A stretch of DNA of 64,000 nucleotides from Nitrosopumilus sp. (lineage in GTDB: Archaea > Thermoproteota > Nitrososphaeria > Nitrososphaerales > Nitrosopumilaceae), in contig OZ242041.1 of NCBI GenBank assembly GCA_965205215.1, positions 960,001-1,024,000 on the forward strand. The letters run 5' to 3'. Under the pieces are notes generated by a model, which was not told where the DNA came from, ran no database searches, and was given only the letters and a program-made list of their open reading frames with translations. Positions 53,968 through 64,000 of this stretch are shown piece by piece. A program made the translations under genes and the position numbers. Numbering within the stretch: position 1 is the stretch's first letter; each line of letters begins with the position of its first letter.

Positions 53968-54085
53968 CGCGGCCCGCGCAGGCCGCGGGGCGGCCGTTCT
54001 GACTCCCCCACCGCCACCACCGCCGCCACGCGCACGCGCCGGTTCGTCCATATTGCGCCCGGCGGCCACCGTCCCGTGACGCACC

Positions 54086-54961
54086 ATGACCCGCATGCTG
54101 AAGCGAGCGCTGGAGGACGTCCTGACCGAGTCGGAGGCGGCCGAGTTCGTGTCCGCGTTCGACCAGATAGGGGAGATAGTCGTGGTGCGCATACCGGATA
54201 CGCTGCTTGAGAGGAGGTTCGAGATCGGCAGGGCCCTGCTAGACGAGATAAAGATCGTAAGGAGCGTGTTCTGCCAGGCGTCTGCAGTCGACGGCGAGTA
54301 CCGCACGCGCAAGCTGGAGCTTATCGCGGGGCTAGACGACACCACCACCACGTATAGGGAGTCCGGCTGCCGGTTCGTGGTGGACGTGGAGGGCGCGTTC
54401 TTCTCGCCCCGGCTCTCGCACGAGAGGGAGCGCATAGCCTCGCTCGTGCGGGACGGCGAGTCCGTGCTGAACATGTTCGGCGGCATCGGCATGTTCTCCG
54501 TGATTGCCGCCATGAAGACGGCGTGCACCGTATACAGCGTGGACTCGAACCCCGTCGCGTCCGGGCTGTGCGAGAGGAACGTGGAGCTGAACGAGCATTA
54601 CGGGCGCAAGAACCGGAAAAAGGGGCGCAAGATGGCCGGCCGCGTGATCCCGATATGCGGCGAGGCCTCGCAGGTGGTTCGGGACAGGTTCGACGGCACG
54701 TGCGACAGGACGCTCATGCTGCTGCCTGAGAGGTCCGACGAGTTTCTGGGCTCGGCGGTCCGGGCCACTGCCGACGGCGGCGTCATACACTACTACTCGC
54801 ACGTACACTCGGACTCCAAGGGGGACGCGGCCGCGCTCTCCGAGCGGCACTATCTGGACGTGGCGCCCGTGCGCTCTGAGATACTGGGCTCGAGGATAGT
54901 CAGGGCCGTGGGGCCACGGTATTACCAGACCGTGGTGGACGCGGTGATACGCAAGGGCTAG
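54086..54961 (+). CDS. Trm5/Taw2 (Met-10+-like) SAM-dependent tRNA-modifying enzyme
   Basis: FDQIGEI, FFSPRL..ER.RI, NMFGGIG, GGVIHYY. Confidence 0.88.
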   Translation: MTRMLKRALEDVLTESEAAEFVSAFDQIGEIVVVRIPDTLLERRFEIGRALLDEIKIVRSVFCQASAVDGEYRTRKLELIAGLDDTTTTYRESGCRFVVDVEGAFFSPRLSHERERIASLVRDGESVLNMFGGIGMFSVIAAMKTACTVYSVDSNPVASGLCERNVELNEHYGRKNRKKGRKMAGRVIPICGEASQVVRDRFDGTCDRTLMLLPERSDEFLGSAVRATADGGVIHYYSHVHSDSKGDAAALSERHYLDVAPVRSEILGSRIVRAVGPRYYQTVVDAVIRKG

Positions 54962-55263
54962 GGGGCGCTGCCGCCGTTTCCGTCTTTACTTTTGTCACCG
55001 ATGCCGCTGCCATCATTGTCTCCATCACCGCCCACGTCACCCGTGTCATCGTAGGAGGTTATCGTGGCCGACGTGGCGCGGGTCGTCGCCGTCACGTACC
55101 CTATCCACGCTATCACCCCCAGTATGCCCCCGACTATCATCAGCATGGAGAGCTGCTGTATTATGGGGCTCCACTCTGAGAGCATCAGCAGGTACGCGTA
55201 TACGAAGAACCCTGCAATTGACAACGAAAATATCATGATGCCGGTCCCCTTGCGCCTGTCCAT
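54958..55263 (-). CDS. small two-helix membrane protein
   Basis: Two hydrophobic segments, ..WIGY..ATT, Asp/Gly tail. Confidence 0.75.
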   Translation of the reverse strand: MDRRKGTGIMIFSLSIAGFFVYAYLLMLSEWSPIIQQLSMLMIVGGILGVIAWIGYVTATTRATSATITSYDDTGDVGGDGDNDGSGIGDKSKDGNGGSAP

Positions 55264-55458
55264 GCCGTGGGGCTCTGCGGTAGTTATTTAATGGTAATCG
55301 GTTGTGGCGAAGGGCTTGCGCAGGCCGCACCTGGGGCCGGGCCGGTGACTCTTCGGACTGCCTTGCGCCTTGCGGCGTGCGCCTTGGAGGATGCTTGGCA
55401 CGCGCGGCCGCGGACTTGACACGATGGACTTGCAGCATGTGTGACGCCGTCTGCGCCC

Positions 55459-56571
55459 TTATTCTGCCGGCGGTGCAGCGCCGACCGCGTTGGGTATCTT
55501 CACCGCCATTGCAAATCCGGCCACTATTGCAATGATGGCAAAGTACATCACGGCCACGTACCCGTACGCGAGCGCTATGGCGCCCGCCGCAACGGGCCCG
55601 ATCACGGCCGCGATTGATATCGTGCTGCTGAAGATGCCGGTGCTGGTGGACTTGGGGTTGTTGTCCATGAGGTGGAAGCTGCCCCCCACGTACAGGAACG
55701 CCCACGTGAACCCCACCAGGGCCATGAACGGCATGGCCTGCCACCACTGGTCGATCATAGCCAGCCCCACAAACACGAACGCGGTCATCCCTATCCCGAC
55801 CTTGAACTTTGTCACGTTTGAGATGTGTATGCGAAACGCCATCAGGTTCATCACCACGAACGCCGTCGCCGTGTTTGCCACGTATACCACGGAGACCTGC
55901 CAGAGCTCGGCGCCCATGGACTCGGTCAGCATCAGGGGCAGGACGGTCCAGGCCGCGACGGCCCCCACGTGCCTCATGAGCAGCGCGAGGAACAGGAACC
56001 TGTTGTTCTTTATGACCCGCTTGGTGGTGCCGGGTGCCGTCTCCTTCGGCGGCCTCGTATCGGACAGTCTTGAGGAGCTTGCAAGCCCCGCCGCAAACAG
56101 GCCCGCGCTGGCAAGGAATATCAGGTCCGTGTCGTTTGCAATGCCGGCGGCAACTATGCCGGCAAGCCACCCCAGGGCGTGGAACGACACGACTGACGCC
56201 ACCTTCTTCTTGTGCCGGCCCGCCTCGTACGCGTACGCGAGCAGGGGCGGGATCATCACGCCGGTGGCCACCCCTCCCGCGATCCTTGCAAGCAGCAGCA
56301 TGTGCGCGTCGTCTGCAAAATAGTGCAGGGCGTGCACTATGGCGCACGCGGCCAGCCCGGCCCTTATGAACAGGAGGCGGTGGCCCCGCTTGTCAGACAG
56401 CCGCCCAAAGTACACCTCGGAGACTATCTGCGCCATGCTGAACGACGCCACTATGATGCCGATCTCAAATATCGCGTCGGTCACGCCGCTTGCTATCACC
56501 GGCATGAACATCAGCACCGCCGATATCCCGGCGTGCTGGAAAAAGGTGGTAACCCTGATGTGGTTGTCCAT
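55459..56571 (-). CDS. MFS transporter
   Basis: GRLSDKRG motif A, about 12 hydrophobic segments. Confidence 0.9.
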   Translation of the reverse strand: MDNHIRVTTFFQHAGISAVLMFMPVIASGVTDAIFEIGIIVASFSMAQIVSEVYFGRLSDKRGHRLLFIRAGLAACAIVHALHYFADDAHMLLLARIAGGVATGVMIPPLLAYAYEAGRHKKKVASVVSFHALGWLAGIVAAGIANDTDLIFLASAGLFAAGLASSSRLSDTRPPKETAPGTTKRVIKNNRFLFLALLMRHVGAVAAWTVLPLMLTESMGAELWQVSVVYVANTATAFVVMNLMAFRIHISNVTKFKVGIGMTAFVFVGLAMIDQWWQAMPFMALVGFTWAFLYVGGSFHLMDNNPKSTSTGIFSSTISIAAVIGPVAAGAIALAYGYVAVMYFAIIAIVAGFAMAVKIPNAVGAAPPAE

Positions 56572-56810
56572 ACCCGACGGCGTCAGTGACATGTTGGGGG
56601 CGCCGTGACAGGCCTGTTTTATTTGGAGCATGTACCGCCGCCCGCGCCGCGCCGCGGGCCTGCACTGTCGTGATGACTGCCGGTGACGGCGCGGCGATCA
56701 CGATGACTGCGCCCCGGCAGCCTTTCTGGCGCAGTCGCGGCGCATGCCCGCCGCGTCCTGCCGCTCTGACTCGAGTAGATTTTTATTCAATTTGGGGCGT
56801 GAGTGACTGC

Positions 56811-58487
56811 ATGGGGCTGGACTACTGCACGATACGCTCAAAGGTTCTGCGGGCCCGCAAGCTTGTCATACGCGGCACCGCGGCAGCCGGCTCCGGGCAC
56901 CCCGGCGGCTCGTTCTCCATGGCCGAGATACTGGGCTGCCTGTTCTACAAGCACATGCGGTACGATCCGCGCAACCCGCAGTGGGAGGACAGGGACCGGC
57001 TCGTCCTCTCAAAGGGGCACGCGGCGCCAGGACTGTTCTCTAACATGGCAGTGGCCGGGTACTTTGCAGAGTCCGAGATTGACACGCTCCGGGCGTTTGG
57101 AAGCAGGCTCCAGGGCCATCCGGACCTAAAGTGCCCCGGCGTCGAGTTCTGCGGCGGCTCGCTTGGGACCGGGCTCTCGTATTCTGTGGGGGTCGCGCTC
57201 GCGGCCCGCCTGGATTCCAGGCCCTGCCGCGTATACTCGGTAATCGGGGACGGCGAGTCCGACGAGGGCCAGATATGGGAGGCCGCCATGGCCGCCTCCA
57301 AGTACGGGGTGGACAACCTGACCGTCTTCCTCGACCGCAACTTTATCCAGCAGGACTCGTACACGGAGCGCGTCATGCCGCTTGACTCCCGGCTGGGGGA
57401 CGCCGAGGAGATATCTACAATGTGGCTCGACCAGGACAGGTGGAGGACGGGCGACAAGTGGCGCGCGTTCGGATGGAACGTGATCGAGATTGACGGGCAC
57501 CGCATAGAGCAGATTGACGACGCCATAAAGAGGGCCCGGGCGCACGGGGGAGCCCCGACCATAATCATATCGCGCACCATAAAGGGCAAGTCCGTCGAGC
57601 ACATGGAGGACAACCCGCAGTGGCACGGCAAGGCGCCCGCAAAGGACATGGTGCCGATAATCAACGCAGAGCTGGAGTCCCAGTCGATAATAGCGCCGTC
57701 GATAATAGCCGGCGACATGACGGATTTGGCCGCCGAGGTCGTACGGTGCGCCGAGGGCAGGGCCGACTACATCCACCTCGACGTGATGGACGGCAGGTTC
57801 GTCCCAAACAAAACGTTCCTGCACGAAAAGGTAAAAGAGCTGAGGCCGCTCACGCTGATCCCGTTTGACACGCACCTCATGATAGAGGAGCCCCACAGGC
57901 ACGTGCGCCAGTACGTGGACGCCGGCAGCGACATAGTTACGGTGCACGCAGAGGTCACGGACGGCGACACGTTCGGCGAGATATCCGACATGCTGCGCGA
58001 GAACGGCGTGGGCGTGGGCCTTGCAATCAACCCGGACACGGAGCTTCCGGGGTGGTCGCTGGGGTTCCTTCCCAGGATAGACCAGATCATAGTTATGTCG
58101 GTGGTGCCCGGCAGGTCGGGCCAAAAATACATCGAGTCGACCCACCAGAAGATGGCGCGGCTCATGCCCATACTTGGGGACAACGGCTTTGCCGGGTACG
58201 TGGAGGCCGACGGGGGCGTAAACCTTGAGAACGTGGCGTCGGTGTTTGCCGACGGCGCCCGCGCCTTTGTGGGCGGCGGCGCCATCGTGTCGACCCCGGA
58301 CGTGCGCGCGTCCATACGCGGGTTCAGGCAGGCGGTCGCGACCGCAAGGCGGAGGATGCTGCTTGACCTGGCCGACAGCCTCGGGGGCAGCGACCTTGTG
58401 GAGCGCTGGATAAACCTGCACGTGGTGGGCGCCAGGCCGGCCGAGGTCAGGACGATCGCGCAGGAGGCGGGATACGTTGCCAGGTGA
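56811..58487 (+). CDS. transketolase N-terminal subunit fused to ribulose-phosphate 3-epimerase
   Basis: SGHPGG, LSKGH, GSLG, GDGE..EG; then IAPSI, HLDVMDG.FVPN, MSVVPG, DGG. Confidence 0.93.
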   Translation: MGLDYCTIRSKVLRARKLVIRGTAAAGSGHPGGSFSMAEILGCLFYKHMRYDPRNPQWEDRDRLVLSKGHAAPGLFSNMAVAGYFAESEIDTLRAFGSRLQGHPDLKCPGVEFCGGSLGTGLSYSVGVALAARLDSRPCRVYSVIGDGESDEGQIWEAAMAASKYGVDNLTVFLDRNFIQQDSYTERVMPLDSRLGDAEEISTMWLDQDRWRTGDKWRAFGWNVIEIDGHRIEQIDDAIKRARAHGGAPTIIISRTIKGKSVEHMEDNPQWHGKAPAKDMVPIINAELESQSIIAPSIIAGDMTDLAAEVVRCAEGRADYIHLDVMDGRFVPNKTFLHEKVKELRPLTLIPFDTHLMIEEPHRHVRQYVDAGSDIVTVHAEVTDGDTFGEISDMLRENGVGVGLAINPDTELPGWSLGFLPRIDQIIVMSVVPGRSGQKYIESTHQKMARLMPILGDNGFAGYVEADGGVNLENVASVFADGARAFVGGGAIVSTPDVRASIRGFRQAVATARRRMLLDLADSLGGSDLVERWINLHVVGARPAEVRTIAQEAGYVAR

Positions 58488-59484
58488 GCCCGTCCTGACT
58501 GACATGCGCACCGCGTACGCCGAGGCCCTGGTGCGCGAGGGCAGGGGCAACCCGGACGTCGTGGTGATGGGGGCCGACACGACGGACTCCCTGAAGACCT
58601 CCAAGTTCGGCAGGGAGTTTCCCGACCGCTTCTTCAACGTCGGGATCGCGGAGGGCAACCTCGTCACTATATCGGCGGGGCTTGCCGCGTCCGGCAAGAC
58701 CGTGTTTGCAAGCACGTACGCCATATTCCTGCCGGGGCGCGCGGTGGACCAGATCCGCAACAACGTGGCGTACCCGTCGCCCGGCGGACGCGGCGGGCTC
58801 AACGTGAAGCTGGTGGCCTCGCACGGCGGCCTCTCGGTGGGCCCCGACGGCGGGTCGCACCAGCAGCTGGAGGACATCTCGATAATGAGGACGATCCCAA
58901 ACTTCCGGGTCATGATCCCTGCCGACACCGTGGCAGTCTCGGCCCTGACGCGCATGATGGCCGCGGAATACGGCCCGTTCTACATGAGGATGGCCCGCTC
59001 AAAGACGCCGCTTGTGTATGATGATGATGATAACGACGGCAGCAGCGCCGACAAGCGGTTTGAGGCGGGCCGCGCAAACGTCCTGCGCGACGGCTCGGAC
59101 TGCACGATAGCCGCCTGCGGCATCACAGTAAGCATGGCGCTCGAGGCCGCCGACCTGCTGCGGCGCGAAAAGCAGATGTCCTGCCGCGTCCTTGACATGT
59201 TCTCGGTAAAGCCGATAGACGGGCGCGCGCTTGAAAGGGCGGCGCGCCAGACGGGCCGCATACTCACCGCCGAGGAGCACAACATCATAGGGGGGATGGG
59301 CTCGGCAGTGGCCGAGTCCGTGTCCGAGTCGTACCCGGTCCCGATAAAGCGCATCGGCGCGCTCGACGCGTTCGGCGAGTCGGCCCGCGACGCGGAGGTT
59401 CCCCTCCTCCTGCAAAAGCACGGGATCACACCGTTTAATATGGCGCAGCAGGCAGGCGCGCTCGAGAGGTTGCCTGAGAGATGA
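58477..59484 (+). CDS. transketolase C-terminal subunit
   Basis: FFNVGIAE, GPDGGSHQ, EEHNIIGG.G. Confidence 0.93.
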   Translation: MPGEPVLTDMRTAYAEALVREGRGNPDVVVMGADTTDSLKTSKFGREFPDRFFNVGIAEGNLVTISAGLAASGKTVFASTYAIFLPGRAVDQIRNNVAYPSPGGRGGLNVKLVASHGGLSVGPDGGSHQQLEDISIMRTIPNFRVMIPADTVAVSALTRMMAAEYGPFYMRMARSKTPLVYDDDDNDGSSADKRFEAGRANVLRDGSDCTIAACGITVSMALEAADLLRREKQMSCRVLDMFSVKPIDGRALERAARQTGRILTAEEHNIIGGMGSAVAESVSESYPVPIKRIGALDAFGESARDAEVPLLLQKHGITPFNMAQQAGALERLPER

Positions 59485-60140
59485 AGATATTTCTTGACAC
59501 GGCCGACATCAGGCTCATCAGAAAGTACAACGACATGGGGCTCGTGGACGGCATTACGACAAACCCGTCCCTGCTTGCAAAGGCCGGCGGTGATCCTGCC
59601 GGCGCAATGGCCGAGATATCCGACGTGATAAAGGGCGACGTCAGCCTGGAGGTGGTGGCCACCGACAGCGACGCGATGGTCGAGGAGGGGCGCAGGCTGC
59701 GCCAATACGGCGACAACGTGGTGGTGAAGGTGCCCATGACCCCCGACGGCCTGGCCGCATGCCGCCGCCTGTCGTCTGAGGGCATTCCCGTGAACGTCAC
59801 GCTGGTGTTCTCCACGAACCAGGCCATACTGGCCGCCAAGGCGGGCGCCAGGTACGTGAGCCCGTTCATAGGGCGCATCGACGACACGGGCCACGACGGC
59901 ATGCAGCTGATCGAGGATTTGGTGGGGATATTCCAGAACTACGGCTTTGAGACCCAGATACTGGTGGCAAGCGTGCGCCATCCCGTGCACGTAAAGGAGG
60001 CCGCAATGCTGGGCGCCGACGTCGTGACGCTGCCCCCTGCCGTGCTTGAAAAGATGCTGCACCACCCGCTCACGAAGATAGGGCTGGACAACTTTCTTGC
60101 CGACTGGGCAAAGCTGACCGGTCAGGGATCGTCCTCCTAG
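59481..60140 (+). CDS. transaldolase / fructose-6-phosphate aldolase family
   Basis: FLDTAD, GITTNPS, VVKVP, YVSPFIGR. Confidence 0.95.
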   Translation: MKIFLDTADIRLIRKYNDMGLVDGITTNPSLLAKAGGDPAGAMAEISDVIKGDVSLEVVATDSDAMVEEGRRLRQYGDNVVVKVPMTPDGLAACRRLSSEGIPVNVTLVFSTNQAILAAKAGARYVSPFIGRIDDTGHDGMQLIEDLVGIFQNYGFETQILVASVRHPVHVKEAAMLGADVVTLPPAVLEKMLHHPLTKIGLDNFLADWAKLTGQGSSS

Positions 60141-60309
60141 TCCTGACATTACGGAACCCCGGTTTTACTGCGTTATCGTCCGCGCCTAGTCCCTGCCGTC
60201 TTTGTCTCTCCCCCTCCTCTTGGACGACGGCCTGCAGCCCGGCTTGCAAAATATTGACTCGCGCGCACGTGTCAGCCTGCAGAAAATGAAAAAGTGGTTT
60301 GCACGAATG

Positions 60310-60564
60310 CTACTTTGAGGACTTGGACTTGGTTCCCCTGCCGGCACTCATGCTGCCCTTGTACTTTGGCCTGTTCTTTGGTTCTGGGACGTCCTTGAGC
60401 TTTCTGGAGCCGGTTCCCCTGCCGGACGTGATCGTCCTCTCACCGGCTGCACTCTTGCGCGCCGCTTGGATCTTCTTAAACTCCTCACCCGTCCACTTTT
60501 GGGGGTTGTTGTCGACCTCTATGGTGCCTGTACCCCTGCCAGTTCGGATTCTGATCTTGACCAT
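60310..60564 (-). CDS. small Lys/Arg-rich protein with three GRGT motifs
   Basis: 84-aa ORF with an AT-rich upstream region. Confidence 0.65.
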   Translation of the reverse strand: MVKIRIRTGRGTGTIEVDNNPQKWTGEEFKKIQAARKSAAGERTITSGRGTGSRKLKDVPEPKNRPKYKGSMSAGRGTKSKSSK

Positions 60565-60669
60565 GTCACGAGTTGAATTAACTTGTATTTATCATGTTCC
60601 ATGATCATATGATCTGCGTGCTTGCGGGCCCGCACCTGCTTGATATATGCGCGGCCGCATAACAGGTAC

Positions 60670-61566
60670 ATGAGGGGCATTCTGTATGCGGTGATCCCCG
60701 CAGTCGTGCTGGGCCTGGTATTGGCAAACGCCTTTTACGGGCACGTGCTGTTCGGGTACGCGTACGACCGCGCGATAAACAAGTATTCGGTGTACGTGCA
60801 CCTGCAGCCGGGGTGGGAGAGCCATCCGGGCAACATACTGTTTGACGTCACAAACGTGTGGTCCGGCCCCGCGGCCGCCGCTGCGGACACCTACCTGCCC
60901 GGCTCCACGGACCCCGACGACATCTCGTCGCTGACCTCGTACAACCGCAACCAGCTCCAGCACCAGAAGTCCAAGCCGTACGTGGAGCTCCGGCACGAGT
61001 TCAGCGGCTGCGAGACCCAGTGGCGCCCAATCCCGTACAGGTATGCCGCAGATACGCTGCGCAGCTGGTCGGAGGTTGCAAGCGGCGCGCAGGCCGGGGG
61101 CTCGGACGGGGAAGGGGCCGGGCACGTGGAGCCCGCGTTTGCCGAGGCCGGCGCGGGCGATCCATACGTGATGGTGTTCCCGAACGCTCCAAACGCGGCG
61201 TACGGCCCGGACGAGCAGTCCGAGCTGGTGCGGGACGGGTACGCGCAGATCATACCTGTCTGCGTGGCATCCGGGGCGGCGGGGCAATCCACGTACGACT
61301 ATGCAATAATGGTAAACGATCCGGACATCGGGTTTGACGCGTACTTTGTCAGGTCCGCCGAGGACGCGGCAGCCCACGTCTCGTCGGGCCGCAGCGGGGT
61401 TCCGGCGTTCTACGAGAGCCCCGGATGCCACGTCACGAACCACAACAGCTTTGCCGGGACGTGCCACGGGGTGGAGCACGGCTCCGGACTGCTGATAATC
61501 GTGCCAGACATGCTTGACCTGTCGCTTACAAAGGTGCGCGTCGGGCTGCATGAGCGTCCGCAGTAG
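60670..61566 (+). CDS. hypothetical exported/membrane-anchored protein
   Basis: N-terminal hydrophobic helix; ATATAT box about 26 nt upstream of ATG 60670. Confidence 0.75.
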   Translation: MRGILYAVIPAVVLGLVLANAFYGHVLFGYAYDRAINKYSVYVHLQPGWESHPGNILFDVTNVWSGPAAAAADTYLPGSTDPDDISSLTSYNRNQLQHQKSKPYVELRHEFSGCETQWRPIPYRYAADTLRSWSEVASGAQAGGSDGEGAGHVEPAFAEAGAGDPYVMVFPNAPNAAYGPDEQSELVRDGYAQIIPVCVASGAAGQSTYDYAIMVNDPDIGFDAYFVRSAEDAAAHVSSGRSGVPAFYESPGCHVTNHNSFAGTCHGVEHGSGLLIIVPDMLDLSLTKVRVGLHERPQ

Positions 61567-61677
61567 CCGCGCCCCCCCCTCCCTCACGCGTCGAGGCGCG
61601 CATGCTCCGCGCCCTGCTGCTGCTGCCGCCCCCGCCGGCCCCGCACGGGCCTGCGGCCGCCGCGTGCGCCGCCGTGC

Positions 61678-62718
61678 CTAGTTGGTCATCCAGCCGCGCC
61701 GCTTGAAATACGCAATCATGAGTATGGCCGGTATGATCGACGCCAGCACCAGTATTGCAAACGGCGTGAACGCGCCCAGCGCGGAGTCCGCCCCGGACGC
61801 GCCCGCAATGCCGCCCGGGAGACTCACGTTCATCCCATAGAACGTGCCTATCACGGTGGCCGGTATGGCGAGCGTGAATATTATGGTGAGCATGCTCAGC
61901 ACCTTGTTTGTCTTTTCGGTGCTCAGCACGTAGTTGGTGTCCTTGTAGATCTCCATGGTCTCCCTTGACTCCTCCAGGGTCTCTATCACCTTGTCTATGT
62001 GGTCTATTATGTCGTCGTACAGCAGCATCGTGTCCTCGTCCTTTCCGTCTGAGAACTTTTGTACGCACTTTGCTATCTCCTGGACGAACCTCTTGAGCGG
62101 GTTTGCAATTCTTCTCTGCCTGTTGATCTCCCTCCTGAGCATGGCAATGCTCCTTGCGGCCGACATGCTCTCATCAAACACCCTGTCCTCGAGATCATCG
62201 AGGTTGGCGATTATCTTTCTTGACGTGTGCATCAGGTCGTCCACCAGCTCGTCGATTATGGTGTGCAGCAGCATGCTGGTGGGGCCGCTGAGCGGGCTGC
62301 CTCCCTTGTACGCGTCAAGCCCTCCCTGCTTTGCGGTCCTGACCAAATCCGTCAGCGGCTTCAGGTCCCCCTGGTGGACCGTAATCAGAAAGTCCTTGCC
62401 GACGAACATCGAGAGCTGGCTGTTCCTGAGGATGCCGCCCTTCTGGGCCAGCGGCGGGAAGTGCAGTATGACAAAAAAGTGGTCCTCGTAACTGTCAAGT
62501 TTCGGAAGCTCGAACTTTGTGAGGCAGTCCTCCACGTTGAGCTCGTTGAGGCCGTACTCCTTTACGATCGTCTCCAGGCGCTCCCTGTCGGGGTTCTCAA
62601 GATCCGTCCATGTCAGCTTCTTGCCCTCGATCTTCTGGGTCCTCTGGGGGCTCTCCGCGCCGCCGTCCTCTGCCTTGGCCCCGCCCCTGAGCCTCTTGGT
62701 AATGAACTCTCTCTTCAA
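61678..62718 (-). CDS. corA: CorA-family Mg2+ transporter
   Basis: W.DL..P, PKLD.Y, LTII, YGMN signature, two C-terminal transmembrane helices. Confidence 0.93.
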   Translation of the reverse strand: MKREFITKRLRGGAKAEDGGAESPQRTQKIEGKKLTWTDLENPDRERLETIVKEYGLNELNVEDCLTKFELPKLDSYEDHFFVILHFPPLAQKGGILRNSQLSMFVGKDFLITVHQGDLKPLTDLVRTAKQGGLDAYKGGSPLSGPTSMLLHTIIDELVDDLMHTSRKIIANLDDLEDRVFDESMSAARSIAMLRREINRQRRIANPLKRFVQEIAKCVQKFSDGKDEDTMLLYDDIIDHIDKVIETLEESRETMEIYKDTNYVLSTEKTNKVLSMLTIIFTLAIPATVIGTFYGMNVSLPGGIAGASGADSALGAFTPFAILVLASIIPAILMIAYFKRRGWMTN

Positions 62719-63661
62719 ATCGTAGAGTAGGTTTTTGGATCAAATTTAAAGCGATCGACCTTGTCGGCGCCGTCCGGCCTTTCTCCGCCGGTCCGGGCCG
62801 CGCCCCGCCGCACGAGCCCCCCCCCAAAATGGCACCCAGTCCGTTGGAACCCTCACGAGGGATCGGCTTCATCCACCCCCACCACCATTATCATCACCAC
62901 CCCCACCACCATGGCTGGTTCGGAAAGTGCTTTCCTGCGTGACGCTCGGCGCCGGGGAGATTCACGGGTTCGCATGCGGGCACACGGGAGCCGGCTGGTG
63001 CGACTTGACGGCGCCGTGCAGCAACCGCAGCAGCAGCAGCAGCAGCTGTTGTACATGGGCTTTTTTCGCCGCACTGTGCCTGCATGGCGCGGTACGGCCT
63101 GATAATCCGCCGCCTATTTGAACGGCAACAGGTAGTTCATCCCGTACCATGTTATGGCAAGCGCGATTCCCATCCCGAGCCACCAATAACGCATAGCCTG
63201 CGTTTTAACTGCTTGATAATAAATCTACAGCCGGTGCCGCGGCTCTTTATGCTTGGGGGATACGGCCGATTCCGCCGCGTTGCGCTGCTGGGCGGCATTA
63301 ATTATCATAATGACAACGGCAATAACGGCTGTAGCAACGCCCCCGATGCGGTGGTGGTACGCACCGGCGCACAATCGCCACGCCCGCCGCCCACGGGCCG
63401 GGGCGCAGTGGCATTCGCAGGTGACTGCATTCTCGAATGTGCGTCGAGTGTTTCCCCGTGCTTGGCGTGTTGCGTAATTCGTCGACCTCTGGGACAGACT
63501 GGATTGCAGATGGCCGGCACGCCCCGTGGCTGCGCACTGCAGTCGGGCGGCCTGTTCCATGCCGCGGAACCGCACCCTCCGGGCGGAGCGGATTGCGGAA
63601 CTGCGCAGCGCGTTGGCCAAAGAAGGACAACCCATAAATCCCCTAGCACCGTATACGCACT

Positions 63662-64000
63662 ATGATTAGCTCGCGCAGGATAACGTATATCGTCATCGGC
63701 GCAATGGCGGCATTCATCATGTTCAGCGTCGTGTCTGTAGGCCCCAAGCCGGTACATACGCCGTCGGCAGTCATATCCATAGCGGAGGGATCGTTTCTGC
63801 AAGGGTGCGAGGCAGAGGGTATCTGCTACATACCGCAAGACCTCACGATACGAAAGGGCGCCACCGTAACATGGACCAACGACGACACGGAGCTGCACAC
63901 AGTAACGAGCGGCGCCTCCAGCGAGACTGCGGCACTCGAGTTCGATTCCGGGATCATGGAGGTCGGGGGATCGTTTGAGCACACGTTTGAGAGCGCGGGC
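63662..64000 (+). CDS. plastocyanin/azurin-like cupredoxin (truncated by the window end; not in the ORF track)
   Basis: Manual translation ...GCEAEGICYIPQDLTIRKGATVTWTNDDTELHTVTSG...FDSGIM..GGSFEHTFESAG. Confidence 0.88.
   Translation, partial: MISSRRITYIVIGAMAAFIMFSVVSVGPKPVHTPSAVISIAEGSFLQGCEAEGICYIPQDLTIRKGATVTWTNDDTELHTVTSGASSETAALEFDSGIMEVGGSFEHTFESAG

Noticed and set aside
56811-58487. Transketolase-Rpe fusion as a novelty
   Set aside because: I recall this as the usual arrangement in thaumarchaeal pentose-phosphate clusters; it is treated as a taxonomic marker.

Overview
This is a GC-rich archaeal window, most consistent with a Nitrosopumilaceae/Cenarchaeum-like thaumarchaeote (ABCE1, Ard1-type acetyltransferase, transketolase-Rpe fusion, cupredoxin, giant DUF285/PKD surface protein). 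About 1-39 kb is accessory DNA: an IS5 (IS903-like) and an IS630 element, two paralogous tyrosine integrases, a 4,590-aa surface protein and a DUF3800 gene. About 39-64 kb is core genome: a Liv ABC transporter, proteases, pentose-phosphate genes, CorA and a candidate C/D-box sRNA. The main result is a ~15.7-kb element (5818-21485) bounded by a 13-bp direct repeat (CCCTTCGGGCCCA). It appears to sit inside the 5' end of the neighbouring integrase gene, and excising it would restore an in-frame ATG-started gene with a TATA-like box. Next to its own integrase, the element carries nine copies of a CTGGTGCGAATTCGTGA-type site in strictly alternating orientation. These sites delimit unrelated gene modules, suggesting a non-canonical integron/shufflon-like cassette array. 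One module is a Type IIG-like RM gene enclosed by ~370-bp inverted repeats. After the array comes a five-gene putative defence operon: GHKL ATPase, hypothetical, DUF6339-like/PAPS-reductase fusion, GIY-YIG nuclease and DGQHR protein. Both the RM gene and the ATPase are frameshifted at poly-G tracts. All family assignments come from motif reading by eye; no database searches were run.
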